Below are positions 1 through 9,314 of a DNA stretch of 34,673 bases, in pieces; position 1 is the first letter of the stretch; each line of letters begins with the position of its first letter. The position numbers and the translations under genes are program-made. The notes below the pieces were generated by a model. The model ran no database searches. It was not told where the DNA came from and saw only the letters and a program-made list of their open reading frames with translations. Source of the stretch: a virus (taxonomy: Duplodnaviria > Heunggongvirae > Uroviricota > Caudoviricetes); IMG/VR virus record IMGVR_UViG_2917408641_000007. One strand, 5' to 3'.

Positions 1-201
1 TTACCCATTGGCGCGGCTTAAGAGCTTATTTTTGAATTCACAATGGTCACGATATAACCATCTTGCTCGCCCGTGGATAACTTTGGCTTTTGGCAGGTCG
101 CCGGACTTAATCCGGTCATAGATGAAGGTTTTACCGAAGCCAGTATCGGCCATGATGAATTTCAAATCAACCAGTGAATCAGGTTGTAGTTCGTGTTGCA
201 T
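1..201 (-). CDS. xis: Excisionase-like DNA-binding protein (AlpA/Xis-type HTH)
   Basis: 66 aa ORF MQHELQPDSLVDLKFIMADTGFGKTFIYDRIKSGDLPKAKVIHGRARW matches the AlpA/phage excisionase HTH pattern; last gene of the leftward operon, so int is expected just outside the window. Confidence 0.6.
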   Translation of the reverse strand: MQHELQPDSLVDLKFIMADTGFGKTFIYDRIKSGDLPKAKVIHGRARWLYRDHCEFKNKLLSRANG

Positions 202-243
202 GAGTGCTATCTCCGAATAGGGAATCGAACTTGCAAATCAGGC

Positions 244-268
244 AATAAAAAACCGCCATCAGGCGGCT
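244..268 (-). terminator. Rho-independent terminator (minus strand) upstream of xis
   Basis: Minus-strand reading gives stem CCGCC/GGCGG with loop TGAT followed by TTTTTTATT; the stop codon of the 55-aa ORF lies in the stem. Confidence 0.45.
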
Positions 269-426
269 TGGTGTTCTTTCAGTTCTTCAATTCGAATATT
301 GGTTACGTCTGCATGTGCTATCTGCGCCCACAGCATCCAGTGGTCATAGCAGTCGTTGATGTTCTCTGCTTCGATAACTCTGTTGAATGGCTCTCCATTC
401 CATTCACCTGTGACTCGGAAGTGCAT
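259..426 (-). CDS. Hypothetical small protein (55 aa)
   Basis: ATG preceded by GGAGA at 6 nt spacing, in the leftward operon, ending inside the terminator hairpin; product MHFRVTGEWNGEPFNRVIEAENINDCYDHWMLWAQIAHADVTNIRIEELKEHQAA. Below the 60-aa cutoff of the ORF track. Confidence 0.35.
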   Translation of the reverse strand: MHFRVTGEWNGEPFNRVIEAENINDCYDHWMLWAQIAHADVTNIRIEELKEHQAA

Positions 427-498
427 TTATCATCTCCATAAAACAAAACTCGCCGTAGCGAGTTCAGATAAAAGAAATCCCCGCGAGTGCGAGGATTG

Positions 499-738
499 TT
501 ATTCATTTCCGATATTTACCTTTATCGCGAACACCTTTACCGGCTTATCGCCGAAGTGCGGATGTGTGATTGTTTTCACTTCATATCCGTTATACGGGAC
601 GTCTATTCTGCGACTGGAATCGTCGCGCTTCGGATATCCCTTTGTGATAATCAGACGGTCATACACCCGGAACATAATTCGCTTATTCCAGTAGTCATTA
701 CACAGGCGATACTCTTCCGTTTTCTCCCCGCGAATCAT
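499..738 (-). CDS. Hypothetical protein (79 aa)
   Basis: ORF-track ORF on the minus strand, co-oriented with the early-left operon; family not recognised. Confidence 0.45.
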   Translation of the reverse strand: MIRGEKTEEYRLCNDYWNKRIMFRVYDRLIITKGYPKRDDSSRRIDVPYNGYEVKTITHPHFGDKPVKVFAIKVNIGNE

Positions 739-774
739 GGCATCGAAGTATTCACCTTTGACGCAAGTTGCAGG

Positions 775-1494
775 TTAGCCACGGTTAACCTCCTGCGGCG
801 GTTTTGCTGCAAAATGCGCAATACCTTTATCCCAGATGGATTTTATGGTCGTCCACGTGACTGGTACTTTAATTTCAATTCGTCCGCTCCCGTCACAGGT
901 ATCGCAATCATCATCGCCAAAGCATTCCGGGCAGCTTATAAACGTAGTTTCTGAAAATTCACCGGATAGCACACCCTTAGCGCCGTTCTCAGCGGTTAGT
1001 TTCTTCGGCACTATAACCCAACCATCCGGAGTTACCGGAGAGTTGCCACCGGGAATATTTTCCGGAATATTTTGTTGTGCGTTTTGTGGTTGTTCGGATT
1101 TACCATGAAGCATGGCGGCGCGGCAGGCGTTCCAGCCAGCTGTTCGCCCAAGCGCGTAAACTTCAGATGGCTCAAGATAATCAATGTCATGCCCGTCCTC
1201 ATCGTCGTTCTCAGGTAATGCAGCAGGTACTACCGGTACTGGCGGAGCGGCGTAGACTTCAATAATCCCATTATCAATAGGCCATTCTCCATCCTTGAGA
1301 TAGTCACTTGTGCCGTCAACTTGCTGTTCAGCAATGTGGAATGCACCAACTGGCTCTGCCTCAAGCGAGGCCAGTGCAATTCGTGCCAGTTCCCTAAGAT
1401 TTTCGCTATATGGTGAAGTATTATCACGATTGATTATGTGATTAGCTGTATCTATGAGAACTTGCTTTTGTTTTTCTCTGTTCATAGTGGTCAT
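775..1494 (-). CDS. Hypothetical protein with C-terminal CxxC-x-CxxC zinc-ribbon-like motif (239 aa)
   Basis: ORF 775..1536; internal ATG (MTTMNREK) has AGGAGA RBS and overlaps the upstream stop as TGAgATG; C-terminus CPECFGDDDCDTCDGSG. Confidence 0.5.
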   Translation of the reverse strand: MTTMNREKQKQVLIDTANHIINRDNTSPYSENLRELARIALASLEAEPVGAFHIAEQQVDGTSDYLKDGEWPIDNGIIEVYAAPPVPVVPAALPENDDEDGHDIDYLEPSEVYALGRTAGWNACRAAMLHGKSEQPQNAQQNIPENIPGGNSPVTPDGWVIVPKKLTAENGAKGVLSGEFSETTFISCPECFGDDDCDTCDGSGRIEIKVPVTWTTIKSIWDKGIAHFAAKPPQEVNRG

Positions 1495-1495
1495 C

Positions 1496-2047
1496 TCACT
1501 CTCCTTTGATGCGAATGCCAGCGGCGCGGGAATCATTCCATCGCTTTACTTCTTCACGAATTACGTCAATGCATTCTTTCGAATCCATTAGGTAATCTTC
1601 ATCAAAAAGACGTTCCTGTTCGTTTTCTATCGCAACAATGATTGCTTCAACTAACTTTTGTGCCTGAGAACCACTTTCTAACTCTGCTATGCGCTTACTT
1701 CCATCCGCGATTACTCCCTCGTAATACTCACGCTGCTCGTTGAGTTTTGATTTTGTCTCCTCAAGCTCAACACGCAGCTTCCCAACCGTAAGAGCAATAT
1801 CCTCGTTCTCCTGATCGCGGCTTTTGATGTATTGCAGGTTTCTTTCCCGCTCATCCAGCAGTGCCAGCACGGTTTCTGGTCCGGTCAGAAATTTGAAGGC
1901 GTTGAGCGCATCAATATCCACACCGTAATCTTTAAGTTCCTGTTCACTTAACAAATCATCATCAACTGGCAACATTAACAGGTGTTCCATTGCTGAAGTT
2001 GCACGTTCTGTCGCCTCACGCAGTGCCTGGTAATTAATTTCGCTCAC
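1496..2047 (-). CDS. Ead/Ea22-like coiled-coil protein (183 aa)
   Basis: Begins [12 protein letters not shown], acidic and coiled-coil rich, resembling lambdoid Ead/Ea22-family early-left proteins; start overlaps the upstream stop (ATGA). Confidence 0.45.
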   Translation of the reverse strand: MSEINYQALREATERATSAMEHLLMLPVDDDLLSEQELKDYGVDIDALNAFKFLTGPETVLALLDERERNLQYIKSRDQENEDIALTVGKLRVELEETKSKLNEQREYYEGVIADGSKRIAELESGSQAQKLVEAIIVAIENEQERLFDEDYLMDSKECIDVIREEVKRWNDSRAAGIRIKGE

Positions 2048-2475
2048 TGGTTGCCTCCTTTGCGAAGCTCAGCGGCGAAGGCTACTGCGTGATCATGATG
2101 TTCAAGTGTGTATGCACACTCAGCAAACATCTCCACACCCTGCGCCCGCACATCCGCCAGGAAAGCGTCGGTGGCTGGGATTTCAGTAACATCATCTTCC
2201 CATTCGCTAAACTCCTCACGACAAAAGTCATTAAATTCCTTCTCAGATTGCTTAAGCGAGGCATTTTCAGCAGCCATCTTCGCGCATTTAGCCTCAAGGT
2301 TATCAATCGTGATTCCAGCAGAACGACACTCCCGCAACGCCGTTTCCAGTTTTGATTCAAGTTCACCGAACTTACGGACAAGATATTCAGCGTTTGTTTC
2401 GTTAACCTTTAAATCTCGTGGGATGCATTTACCTTTCAGAAAACCATCCATCTCAATTAGTGACACTTGTTTCAT
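2044..2475 (-). CDS. Hypothetical protein (143 aa from ATG)
   Basis: ORF 2044..2493 (track start is GTG); ATG at 2475 ([12 protein letters not shown]) overlaps the stop of the upstream small ORF as ATGA. Confidence 0.45.
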   Translation of the reverse strand: MKQVSLIEMDGFLKGKCIPRDLKVNETNAEYLVRKFGELESKLETALRECRSAGITIDNLEAKCAKMAAENASLKQSEKEFNDFCREEFSEWEDDVTEIPATDAFLADVRAQGVEMFAECAYTLEHHDHAVAFAAELRKGGNQ

Positions 2476-2636
2476 TTCTTCCCACTCCGCCACATCGCAT
2501 TCAGATATTTGTTTTGATTCACTGATGGAAACGAGTTTCGCTTAAGTAATTCCTCTCTCGATGGCATTGGCTTTACGCGTTGGCGAATAATCATTTCTGC
2601 CGGAAGAATGCCGGGATTGTATGCAAGCCCTCTCAT
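2472..2636 (-). CDS. Hypothetical small protein (54 aa)
   Basis: ATG with AGAGGA RBS at 7 nt; stop overlaps the next start (ATGA); product [54 protein letters not shown]. Confidence 0.3.
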   Translation of the reverse strand: MRGLAYNPGILPAEMIIRQRVKPMPSREELLKRNSFPSVNQNKYLNAMWRSGKK

Positions 2637-2652
2637 GGTAAATTCCTCTTTG

Positions 2653-2967
2653 TTAATTTATTTGTATGCCTGTTCTCTCTTCATCGAGTTTTTTTAGCTT
2701 GTATCGCATAGCTCTCACTGAATAAATTGAGCGGCAGGTTGCAATTGCTATTTCTTCTGCGGAGAACTTACCGAAAAGTGATACTTCGGCTCTTGTCCAT
2801 CGTCTTCCACGAAGTCGGCTAACAATGTCAGCGCCAATCCTTGTTGCTTTCGCCATTACTGCTTTTTCAGTCCTTTCCAGTTTTTCAGCGATAACTTCAA
2901 CTGGCATTGTCGCCGCTACCTCGCGCAAGAAATCGACTTCCCATTTCTCCCATGGAGTCTTTTTCAT
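2653..2967 (-). CDS. Hypothetical protein (104 aa)
   Basis: ORF-track ORF in the leftward operon immediately downstream of the Gp157-like gene; family not recognised. Confidence 0.45.
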   Translation of the reverse strand: MKKTPWEKWEVDFLREVAATMPVEVIAEKLERTEKAVMAKATRIGADIVSRLRGRRWTRAEVSLFGKFSAEEIAIATCRSIYSVRAMRYKLKKLDEERTGIQIN

Positions 2968-2978
2968 AGTCGATACCG

Positions 2979-3467
2979 TTATTTGATAAGAAGTGAAGGT
3001 TTCCCAACTTTGAGTTGAGCGCCGGGGATATTTATTCCTGCTTTTAGTTGGTGTTTGATTGCCAGTTTGTCGGCTTTAATTGTCGTTTCAAACTCAACGT
3101 ATTCAGGAGGAAGGGCGCTTGAGTCGATGATTTCTACAGTTTCTGACGGTTTGCGGATTGTTACCTGGTGAATACCTGCTCGAATCTTTTTCTTGCCAAC
3201 CATTTCAAGCGATGACGCTATATACGCCATAATGCTATCAATCTTATTTTGAATTACTGCTGCTCGTTCATTCAGTGACTTTGCCTCTTCCTTGAGGCGT
3301 TCAGCATAACCAGACTCATTTTTAATAATGGCAAGAAGTTGCTCTATTTTATCGGTAAATTCTCCTTCCATGCCTTCTATTGTGTCAGCAATCATCTCTG
3401 GTTCTAAATCTGAATCCATCAATTTTGCGTATTCATTGGCAATTTCATACAGTTTGCTCACTGGCAA
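2979..3467 (-). CDS. Gp157-like phage protein (recombination-module accessory; assignment tentative)
   Basis: 162 aa, N-terminus MPVSKLYEIANEYAKLMD, coiled-coil rich; sits directly downstream of recT and overlaps it, as Sipho_Gp157-family genes often do. Confidence 0.4.
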   Translation of the reverse strand: MPVSKLYEIANEYAKLMDSDLEPEMIADTIEGMEGEFTDKIEQLLAIIKNESGYAERLKEEAKSLNERAAVIQNKIDSIMAYIASSLEMVGKKKIRAGIHQVTIRKPSETVEIIDSSALPPEYVEFETTIKADKLAIKHQLKAGINIPGAQLKVGKPSLLIK

Positions 3468-4347
3468 CCTCCAGTTTCGCTTTGCATTCTATGTAAATGG
3501 CTTGTACGTTCTGCTGCAATTTCATTCCAGATGTCAGGCGATATGCTTCTGCAAAATATCGCTTCAAATCATCCATGTTTTCTGCCTGAGCCATTTCATC
3601 ACAAAGAAGTTGTGCTTTATCCGTTATTTCCTGCTGGCGTATCCGTTCATCTTCGCGGATATCTTCCTCTGATTTGTGCGGCATAACTGGTTCCTGATGC
3701 ATACCTTCATCTTCGTTAAGTAGGTGAATGGCATTATCCAGTCGCTGGGCTTTAGGCCAGTATTTGCTGGCGCGTTTAACTATTGTTTTACGCGCCATCT
3801 CTTCCCAGAATGTCTTCCACGGTCCATTCTTTGCCTTGCTCGTTGCTTCCACAGCTTTAATTTCTGCCAGACTCATTTCTTCAGTGAGGTAGTCACCATC
3901 TGCTGTTTTAACCGTACAATAACCACCAACAATAGAGCCTCGCTCACCAAATGCGTTGTATTTGTGGGTTGGTGCTGAATCAAGGCCGTTTGATTCATAG
4001 GTGTCGTTTGAGTACACCAGTTTGCATTGCCCCCACTTAATTGATCCTGTCGACTGTGCAAGGTGAAGTAATCCCATATAGCTGATATCAAGGCAAACCA
4101 TGCCGTCGCGCGGAACCAGATAAGCCAGTTTGCTGGCCGGGTTTAAGGTGATGCCGATCGCCGCAACATTGATGATGGCGTTCTGTGCGCTGGTTGGATT
4201 TGCCAGTGCTGTTTTAGCCAGGTAATCATTTTTCTGGAAATACTGAATTGCAAACTGGCTTTCCTTAGCCCATGTCACCGTCTGTTCAGTCAATGCTCCG
4301 CAGAATAACTGCTCTTGCTGTTTAACGAATTCAACGATATTGCTCAT
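3445..4347 (-). CDS. recT: RecT-family single-strand annealing recombinase
   Basis: 300 aa; central region ...NAIINVAAIGITLNPASKLAYLVPRDG... matches the RecT-family core; position equivalent to lambda bet. Confidence 0.8.
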   Translation of the reverse strand: MSNIVEFVKQQEQLFCGALTEQTVTWAKESQFAIQYFQKNDYLAKTALANPTSAQNAIINVAAIGITLNPASKLAYLVPRDGMVCLDISYMGLLHLAQSTGSIKWGQCKLVYSNDTYESNGLDSAPTHKYNAFGERGSIVGGYCTVKTADGDYLTEEMSLAEIKAVEATSKAKNGPWKTFWEEMARKTIVKRASKYWPKAQRLDNAIHLLNEDEGMHQEPVMPHKSEEDIREDERIRQQEITDKAQLLCDEMAQAENMDDLKRYFAEAYRLTSGMKLQQNVQAIYIECKAKLEVASEQTV

Positions 4348-4655
4348 GCTGCTTCTCCAAAAATGTGTCTGCGTTTGAATATTGCGAAGGCATATTCAGC
4401 CTTAACTCTTTCGGTTATTGCATCCCAGAACCATTCAGCGGCTTTTTCCTGATAGTTACAGTCATCATCTTCCAGCCAGTCGATAGCGTCCTTAGTGTGT
4501 TCATCTGGTTTATATGAGCGAAGCATTTCGCTTATTGGGTCGCAACGTTTGCAGAGGCGATCAACTTCACTGTTGATTCGTTCGTAATCTTCATCAGTAA
4601 AACTTGCGATTATTTGCGATATTTCACGCTTATCATTCAGAGTCAGAATCATCAT
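4344..4655 (-). CDS. Hypothetical protein (103 aa)
   Basis: ORF-track ORF, stop overlaps the recT start (ATGA), acidic; family not recognised. Confidence 0.45.
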   Translation of the reverse strand: MMILTLNDKREISQIIASFTDEDYERINSEVDRLCKRCDPISEMLRSYKPDEHTKDAIDWLEDDDCNYQEKAAEWFWDAITERVKAEYAFAIFKRRHIFGEAA

Positions 4656-4736
4656 CTTTCTCCTGTTCTTTGTGCTGATTGAGCATTTTGTTCATCTGAC
4701 GAATGAATTCTTCGTCTGACCAGTTATCTGTAAAAC

Positions 4737-4907
4737 TCATGGACGGCCTTGTTGTTTCAAAATATCCCAAAGCTTTTCGAGCAAGCTTTTCATTCTTGGT
4801 TGTTTAAAGTCTGCTCCGGTTAAAATGTTTTTTCGTGAATGCTGTACCGATAAAATCGGGTTGAAAGGGCGAACCGATGCCGCCCCTGCAATAGCGAACT
4901 GTTGCAT
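4737..4907 (-). CDS. CIII-like small protein (56 aa), candidate FtsH inhibitor
   Basis: ATG with AAGGAG RBS; product MQQFAIAGAASVRPF...MKSLLEKLWDILKQQGRP resembles lambda CIII (MQYAIAGW...SLLERI...LIDILNQPG); stop overlaps an ATG of a following 35-aa ORF. Confidence 0.4.
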   Translation of the reverse strand: MQQFAIAGAASVRPFNPILSVQHSRKNILTGADFKQPRMKSLLEKLWDILKQQGRP

Positions 4908-4982
4908 AGGATGCTCCTTCTGTTTGATTGCATAACGAAAACGCCTCGAGTGAAGCGTTATTGGTATGCGGTAAAGCCGCGC

Positions 4983-5294
4983 TTAGGCGGCTGATGTTTC
5001 TTCTTTCAGGCTTTCGAGATATTTACGTGGGTCGTCGTAACATTGGCATTCGCTGTACCAATCCACCCAGCGATCAGTAAGCCCCATTTCTGATAAATCT
5101 TCATCGGTAAGGCTCTCATCCCACATCTCAAGGCCGTTAGCATTGCAGTAGTCAGGCTTGATGTTGTTGTCATACTGAAAGGCGTCATAATCAGCCAGTG
5201 CATCCATCAGGCGAACACCCTCTTCAACACTTGCCACTTCTACAATGAACGGCTTCATAGGTACTTGCGGGATATGCCAGACACGTAATTTCAT
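4983..5294 (-). CDS. Hypothetical protein (103 aa)
   Basis: ORF-track ORF with GGAGGAAAT upstream of the ATG; Cys/Trp-rich acidic protein; family not recognised. Confidence 0.5.
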   Translation of the reverse strand: MKLRVWHIPQVPMKPFIVEVASVEEGVRLMDALADYDAFQYDNNIKPDYCNANGLEMWDESLTDEDLSEMGLTDRWVDWYSECQCYDDPRKYLESLKEETSAA

Positions 5295-5306
5295 ATTTCC
5301 TCCGTC

Positions 5307-5334
5307 AAAAAAATTGCCCTCAATCTGAGGGCAA
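5307..5334 (-). terminator. Rho-independent terminator (minus strand)
   Basis: Perfect 9-bp inverted repeat TTGCCCTCA/TGAGGGCAA with 3-nt loop, followed on the minus strand by a 7-T run. Confidence 0.5.
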
Positions 5335-5450
5335 AGAAGATTTCCAATAATCAGAACAAGTCGGCTCCTGTTTAGTTACGAGCGACATTGCTCCGTGTAT
5401 TCACTCGTTGGAATGAATACACAGTGCAGTGTTTATTCTGTTGTTTATGC

Positions 5451-5477
5451 CAAAAATAAAGGCCGACTATGCGGCCT
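5451..5477 (-). terminator. Rho-independent terminator (minus strand) after the membrane-protein gene
   Basis: Stem AGGCCG/CGGCCT with 6-nt loop, followed on the minus strand by TTATTTTTGG; lies just 3' of the 5482..5847 ORF. Confidence 0.45.
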
Positions 5478-5481
5478 AAAA

Positions 5482-5847
5482 TTACTTAACCAATGATGCT
5501 GCATATTCGATAAGGTAAAGCTTTGGAGCTAGCCAAATTTTCAACCAGTCGAAATAATTGAAGAAAACAACAATAGAAGTAATCGCTATTCCTGATGTGA
5601 CAAGTAGCGATAAAATAACGACATCCGCATCATCTCCTTTATTCCATGCAAAAATCATCAGATAAACACATGCTATAATCACCAATACACAGAGAGCCTG
5701 AATCCCAGCTGATGATACGGCGTGCCACATCAAAAGCTGATGTATGACATCAGGAATCTGTACTTGGCTAAATGAAACAGCCGCATCTATTCCATTGCTG
5801 GCTTTTTGCAGTAGTTCTACGAGAATCTTGTTTGCTTGTTCTTCCAT
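5482..5847 (-). CDS. Small inner-membrane protein (121 aa, two predicted TM helices)
   Basis: Hydrophobic stretches AGIQALCVLVIIACVYLMIFAW and VVILSLLVTSGIAITSIVVFFNYF; start is 8 nt after the N stop with GAGGTGA RBS. Confidence 0.55.
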   Translation of the reverse strand: MEEQANKILVELLQKASNGIDAAVSFSQVQIPDVIHQLLMWHAVSSAGIQALCVLVIIACVYLMIFAWNKGDDADVVILSLLVTSGIAITSIVVFFNYFDWLKIWLAPKLYLIEYAASLVK

Positions 5848-5855
5848 ATCTCACC

Positions 5856-6188
5856 TCAATCGTAATAAGCTGGAATTGATTTTCCGCGTTGCTTCTGGCG
5901 GCCTGAGCAAGTCACACCCATTTCACTGCGTGGCTTGCTGTACCATGTGCGCTGATTCTTGCGCTCAATACGTTGCAGGTTGCTTTCAATCTGTTCGTGG
6001 TATTCAGCCAGCACTGTAAGGTCTATCGGATTCAGTGCGCTTTCTACTCGTGATTTCGGTTTGCGATTCAGCGAGAGAATAGGGCGGTTAACTGGTTTTG
6101 CGCTTACCCCAACCAACAGGGGATTTGCTGCTTTCCATTGAGCCTGTTTCTCTGCGCGACGTTCGCGGCGGCGTGTTTGTGCATCCAT
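5856..6188 (-). CDS. N: Antitermination protein N (lambda-type)
   Basis: From the internal Met of ORF 5856..6320: MDAQTRRRERRAEKQAQWKAANPLLVGVSAKPVNRPILSLNRKPKSRVESALNPIDLTVLAEYH... matches lambda N including the N-terminal arginine-rich motif. Confidence 0.85.
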   Translation of the reverse strand: MDAQTRRRERRAEKQAQWKAANPLLVGVSAKPVNRPILSLNRKPKSRVESALNPIDLTVLAEYHEQIESNLQRIERKNQRTWYSKPRSEMGVTCSGRQKQRGKSIPAYYD

Positions 6189-6347
6189 CTGGATTCTCCT
6201 GTCAGTTAGCTTTGGTTGTGTGTGGGAGTCGTAGTCCTGAACGAAAACACCCCGCAATGGCACATTGGCAGCTAATCCGGATTCGCACTTCCGGCCAATG
6301 CTTCGTTTCGTATCACACACACACCAAAGCCTTCTGCTTTGAATGCT

Positions 6348-6378
6348 GCCCTTCTTCAGGGCTTAATTTTTAAGAGCA
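6348..6378 (-). promoter_or_regulatory. nutL (boxA + boxB) for N-dependent antitermination
   Basis: Minus strand reads GCTCTTAAAAATT (boxA-like) then GCCCTGAAGAAGGGC (boxB hairpin), just upstream of N. Confidence 0.65.
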
Positions 6379-6422
6379 TCACCTTCATGGTGGTTAGTGC
6401 GTCCTGCTGATGGCTTAAAATT

Positions 6423-6490
6423 ACAAGAAAGATTGTATATTGTAAACAAGAAATATTGTAAAAATGGGCGTGAAAAACAAACTCCATTGT
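6423..6490 (-). promoter_or_regulatory. OL operator cluster (three 434-type 14-bp sites) with pL
   Basis: ACAAGAAAGATTGT, ACAAGAAATATTGT and ACAAACTCCATTGT fit the 434 operator consensus ACAA-N6-TTGT; located between cI-side genes and nutL/N. Confidence 0.7.
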
Positions 6491-6540
6491 TTTTAAACGG
6501 AAAATAGTTTGTTTTTTGGCTGTCGAAATCGAGGTGAGGA

Positions 6541-7896
<1,356 letters not shown>

Positions 7897-7904
7897 GACA
7901 TTCC

Positions 7905-7936
7905 CGCTCTTACACATCCCAGCCCTGAAAAAGGGC
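7905..7936 (+). promoter_or_regulatory. nutR (boxA CGCTCTTAC + boxB GCCCTGAAAAAGGGC)
   Basis: Canonical lambda-type boxA and boxB hairpin immediately downstream of cro. Confidence 0.75.
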
Positions 7937-8015
7937 ATCAAATTAAACCACACCTATGGTGTATGCATTTATTTGCATACATTCAATTAATTGTTATCTA
8001 AGGAAATACTTACAT

Positions 8016-8309
8016 ATGGTTCGTGCAAACAAACGCAACGAGGCTCTACGAATCGAGAGTGCGTTGCTTAACAAAATCGCAATGCTTGGAACTGAGAAGA
8101 CAGCGGAAGCTGTGGGAGTTGATAAGTCGCAGATCAGCAGGTGGAAGAGGGATTGGATTCCAAAGTTCTCAATGCTGCTTGCTGTTCTTGAATGGGGTGT
8201 CGTCGACGACGACATGGCTCGATTGGCACGACAAGTTGCTTCGATTCTCACCAATAAAAAACGCCCGGCGGCAACCGAGCGTTCTGAACAAATCCAGATG
8301 GAGTTCTGA
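8016..8309 (+). CDS. cII: CII transcriptional activator (lambda type)
   Basis: [97 protein letters not shown]; internal ATG of track ORF 7956..8309. Confidence 0.85.
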   Translation: MVRANKRNEALRIESALLNKIAMLGTEKTAEAVGVDKSQISRWKRDWIPKFSMLLAVLEWGVVDDDMARLARQVASILTNKKRPAATERSEQIQMEF

Positions 8310-8341
8310 GGTCATTACTGGATCAATCCACAGGAGTCATT

Positions 8342-8488
8342 ATGACAAAACAACTCAGTCCTTACCAGGACAAAATTCACAAACACATACTACGTGATCG
8401 CTTCCTGTCCAGCTTCAAGCAGCCTGGTCGATTCAGGGCTGAGTTGGAAAAAGTGAAGCTGATGCAGAAGGAGAAAGGTCATGAGTAA
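8342..8488 (+). CDS. Hypothetical small protein (48 aa) between cII and the replication initiator
   Basis: ATG with AGGAG RBS; product [48 protein letters not shown]; overlaps the O-like start. Confidence 0.35.
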   Translation: MTKQLSPYQDKIHKHILRDRFLSSFKQPGRFRAELEKVKLMQKEKGHE

Positions 8489-9314
8489 CATATCTAATCT
8501 AGCCGAAGCCAGAGAGGCCAGAAGGCTCCAACAACCGCATCAAAGCAGCGGTAAGGGGTATGCCTTGCTGCACCGTAAAATTATGGATGTGCCGTTTTAC
8601 AAGGATGCAGAAGCAGCGCATCTGTGGGTTCACTTAATCCTCAAAGCAAAGCATACGCCTGAGTATGTAATGACTGACGCAGGAGAAATTCTGGTAGGAA
8701 GAGGAAAGCTACTTGGCGGTAGAAACTCTCTGGCGTTTGAAACAGGACTCAAACCAGATCGCGTTCAGTACCTGCTTAGAAAGTTCAAAAAACTCGGCAT
8801 GATTGACTGGGTTTCACACGGTAAATTCTCAGTTTTCTCGGTAGAGAAATATGACGATTATCAGTCAAATTTTGTACCAGCAGATTACCAGCAAATTACC
8901 ACAGATAAAGAATATAATAATATTATCTCTAATACTGACGTATTAGAGAGTGCCACAGCAGACAAAAAGTCTGACAAGAAAAAACCTTCCGTTAGCTGTC
9001 AGGATGTTGTCGATGCTTACCACGAAATCCTTCCTGAAGCGCCAAGAATCCGCGCACTGAATGACAAGCGTAAAAACCAGATCCGAACGTTCTGGCGCAA
9101 AGCCGGAGTGATAACCCGCCAGCTTGACGGGCATGGGTTCACGATGCAGGACTGGAGAAATTATTTGAGCTACGTAGGCGAAAATTGCCGATGGATGTTC
9201 GAAGAACGCCCAAACCATCAACGCGGAACCGTCTGGCACAAAAAGGGATTTGATTTCCTGCTTAACGACAATACCTACCTGAAAGTTCGTGAGGGTGAAC
9301 ACGATGACCGATAA
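8481..9314 (+). CDS. Replication initiation protein (O-like, non-lambda specificity)
   Basis: 277 aa directly upstream of and overlapping the DnaB-like helicase gene, in the O position after cII; internal AT-rich region with short direct repeats. Confidence 0.65.
   Translation: MSNISNLAEAREARRLQQPHQSSGKGYALLHRKIMDVPFYKDAEAAHLWVHLILKAKHTPEYVMTDAGEILVGRGKLLGGRNSLAFETGLKPDRVQYLLRKFKKLGMIDWVSHGKFSVFSVEKYDDYQSNFVPADYQQITTDKEYNNIISNTDVLESATADKKSDKKKPSVSCQDVVDAYHEILPEAPRIRALNDKRKNQIRTFWRKAGVITRQLDGHGFTMQDWRNYLSYVGENCRWMFEERPNHQRGTVWHKKGFDFLLNDNTYLKVREGEHDDR

Noticed and set aside
193-954. Plus-strand ORFs 193..441, 356..694 and 487..954 from the six-frame track
   Set aside because: They run antisense to a densely packed minus-strand operon, have no convincing RBS and odd composition; the minus-strand ORFs explain the region better.
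5856-6320. Apparent +1/-1 frameshifts inside N when hand-translating (which would suggest an N pseudogene), and the 44-codon N-terminal extension in the track ORF
   Set aside because: The provided ORF track shows one continuous frame through N, so the discrepancy is most likely my miscounting of bases in homopolymer runs. The upstream extension starts with GTG inside the nutL/leader region; the lambda-type start MDAQTRRR is the credible one.
5744-6373. Plus-strand ORFs 5744..6019, 5959..6141 and 6098..6373
   Set aside because: Antisense to N and the membrane-protein gene; 6098..6373 starts at TTG and overlaps nutL; judged spurious.
7956-8397. Track ORFs 7994..8254 (-) and 8023..8397 (+) and the 20-codon upstream extension of cII
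   Set aside because: They overlap the well-supported cII frame; cII has its own ATG with RBS at 8016 and the extension would run through nutR/tR1.
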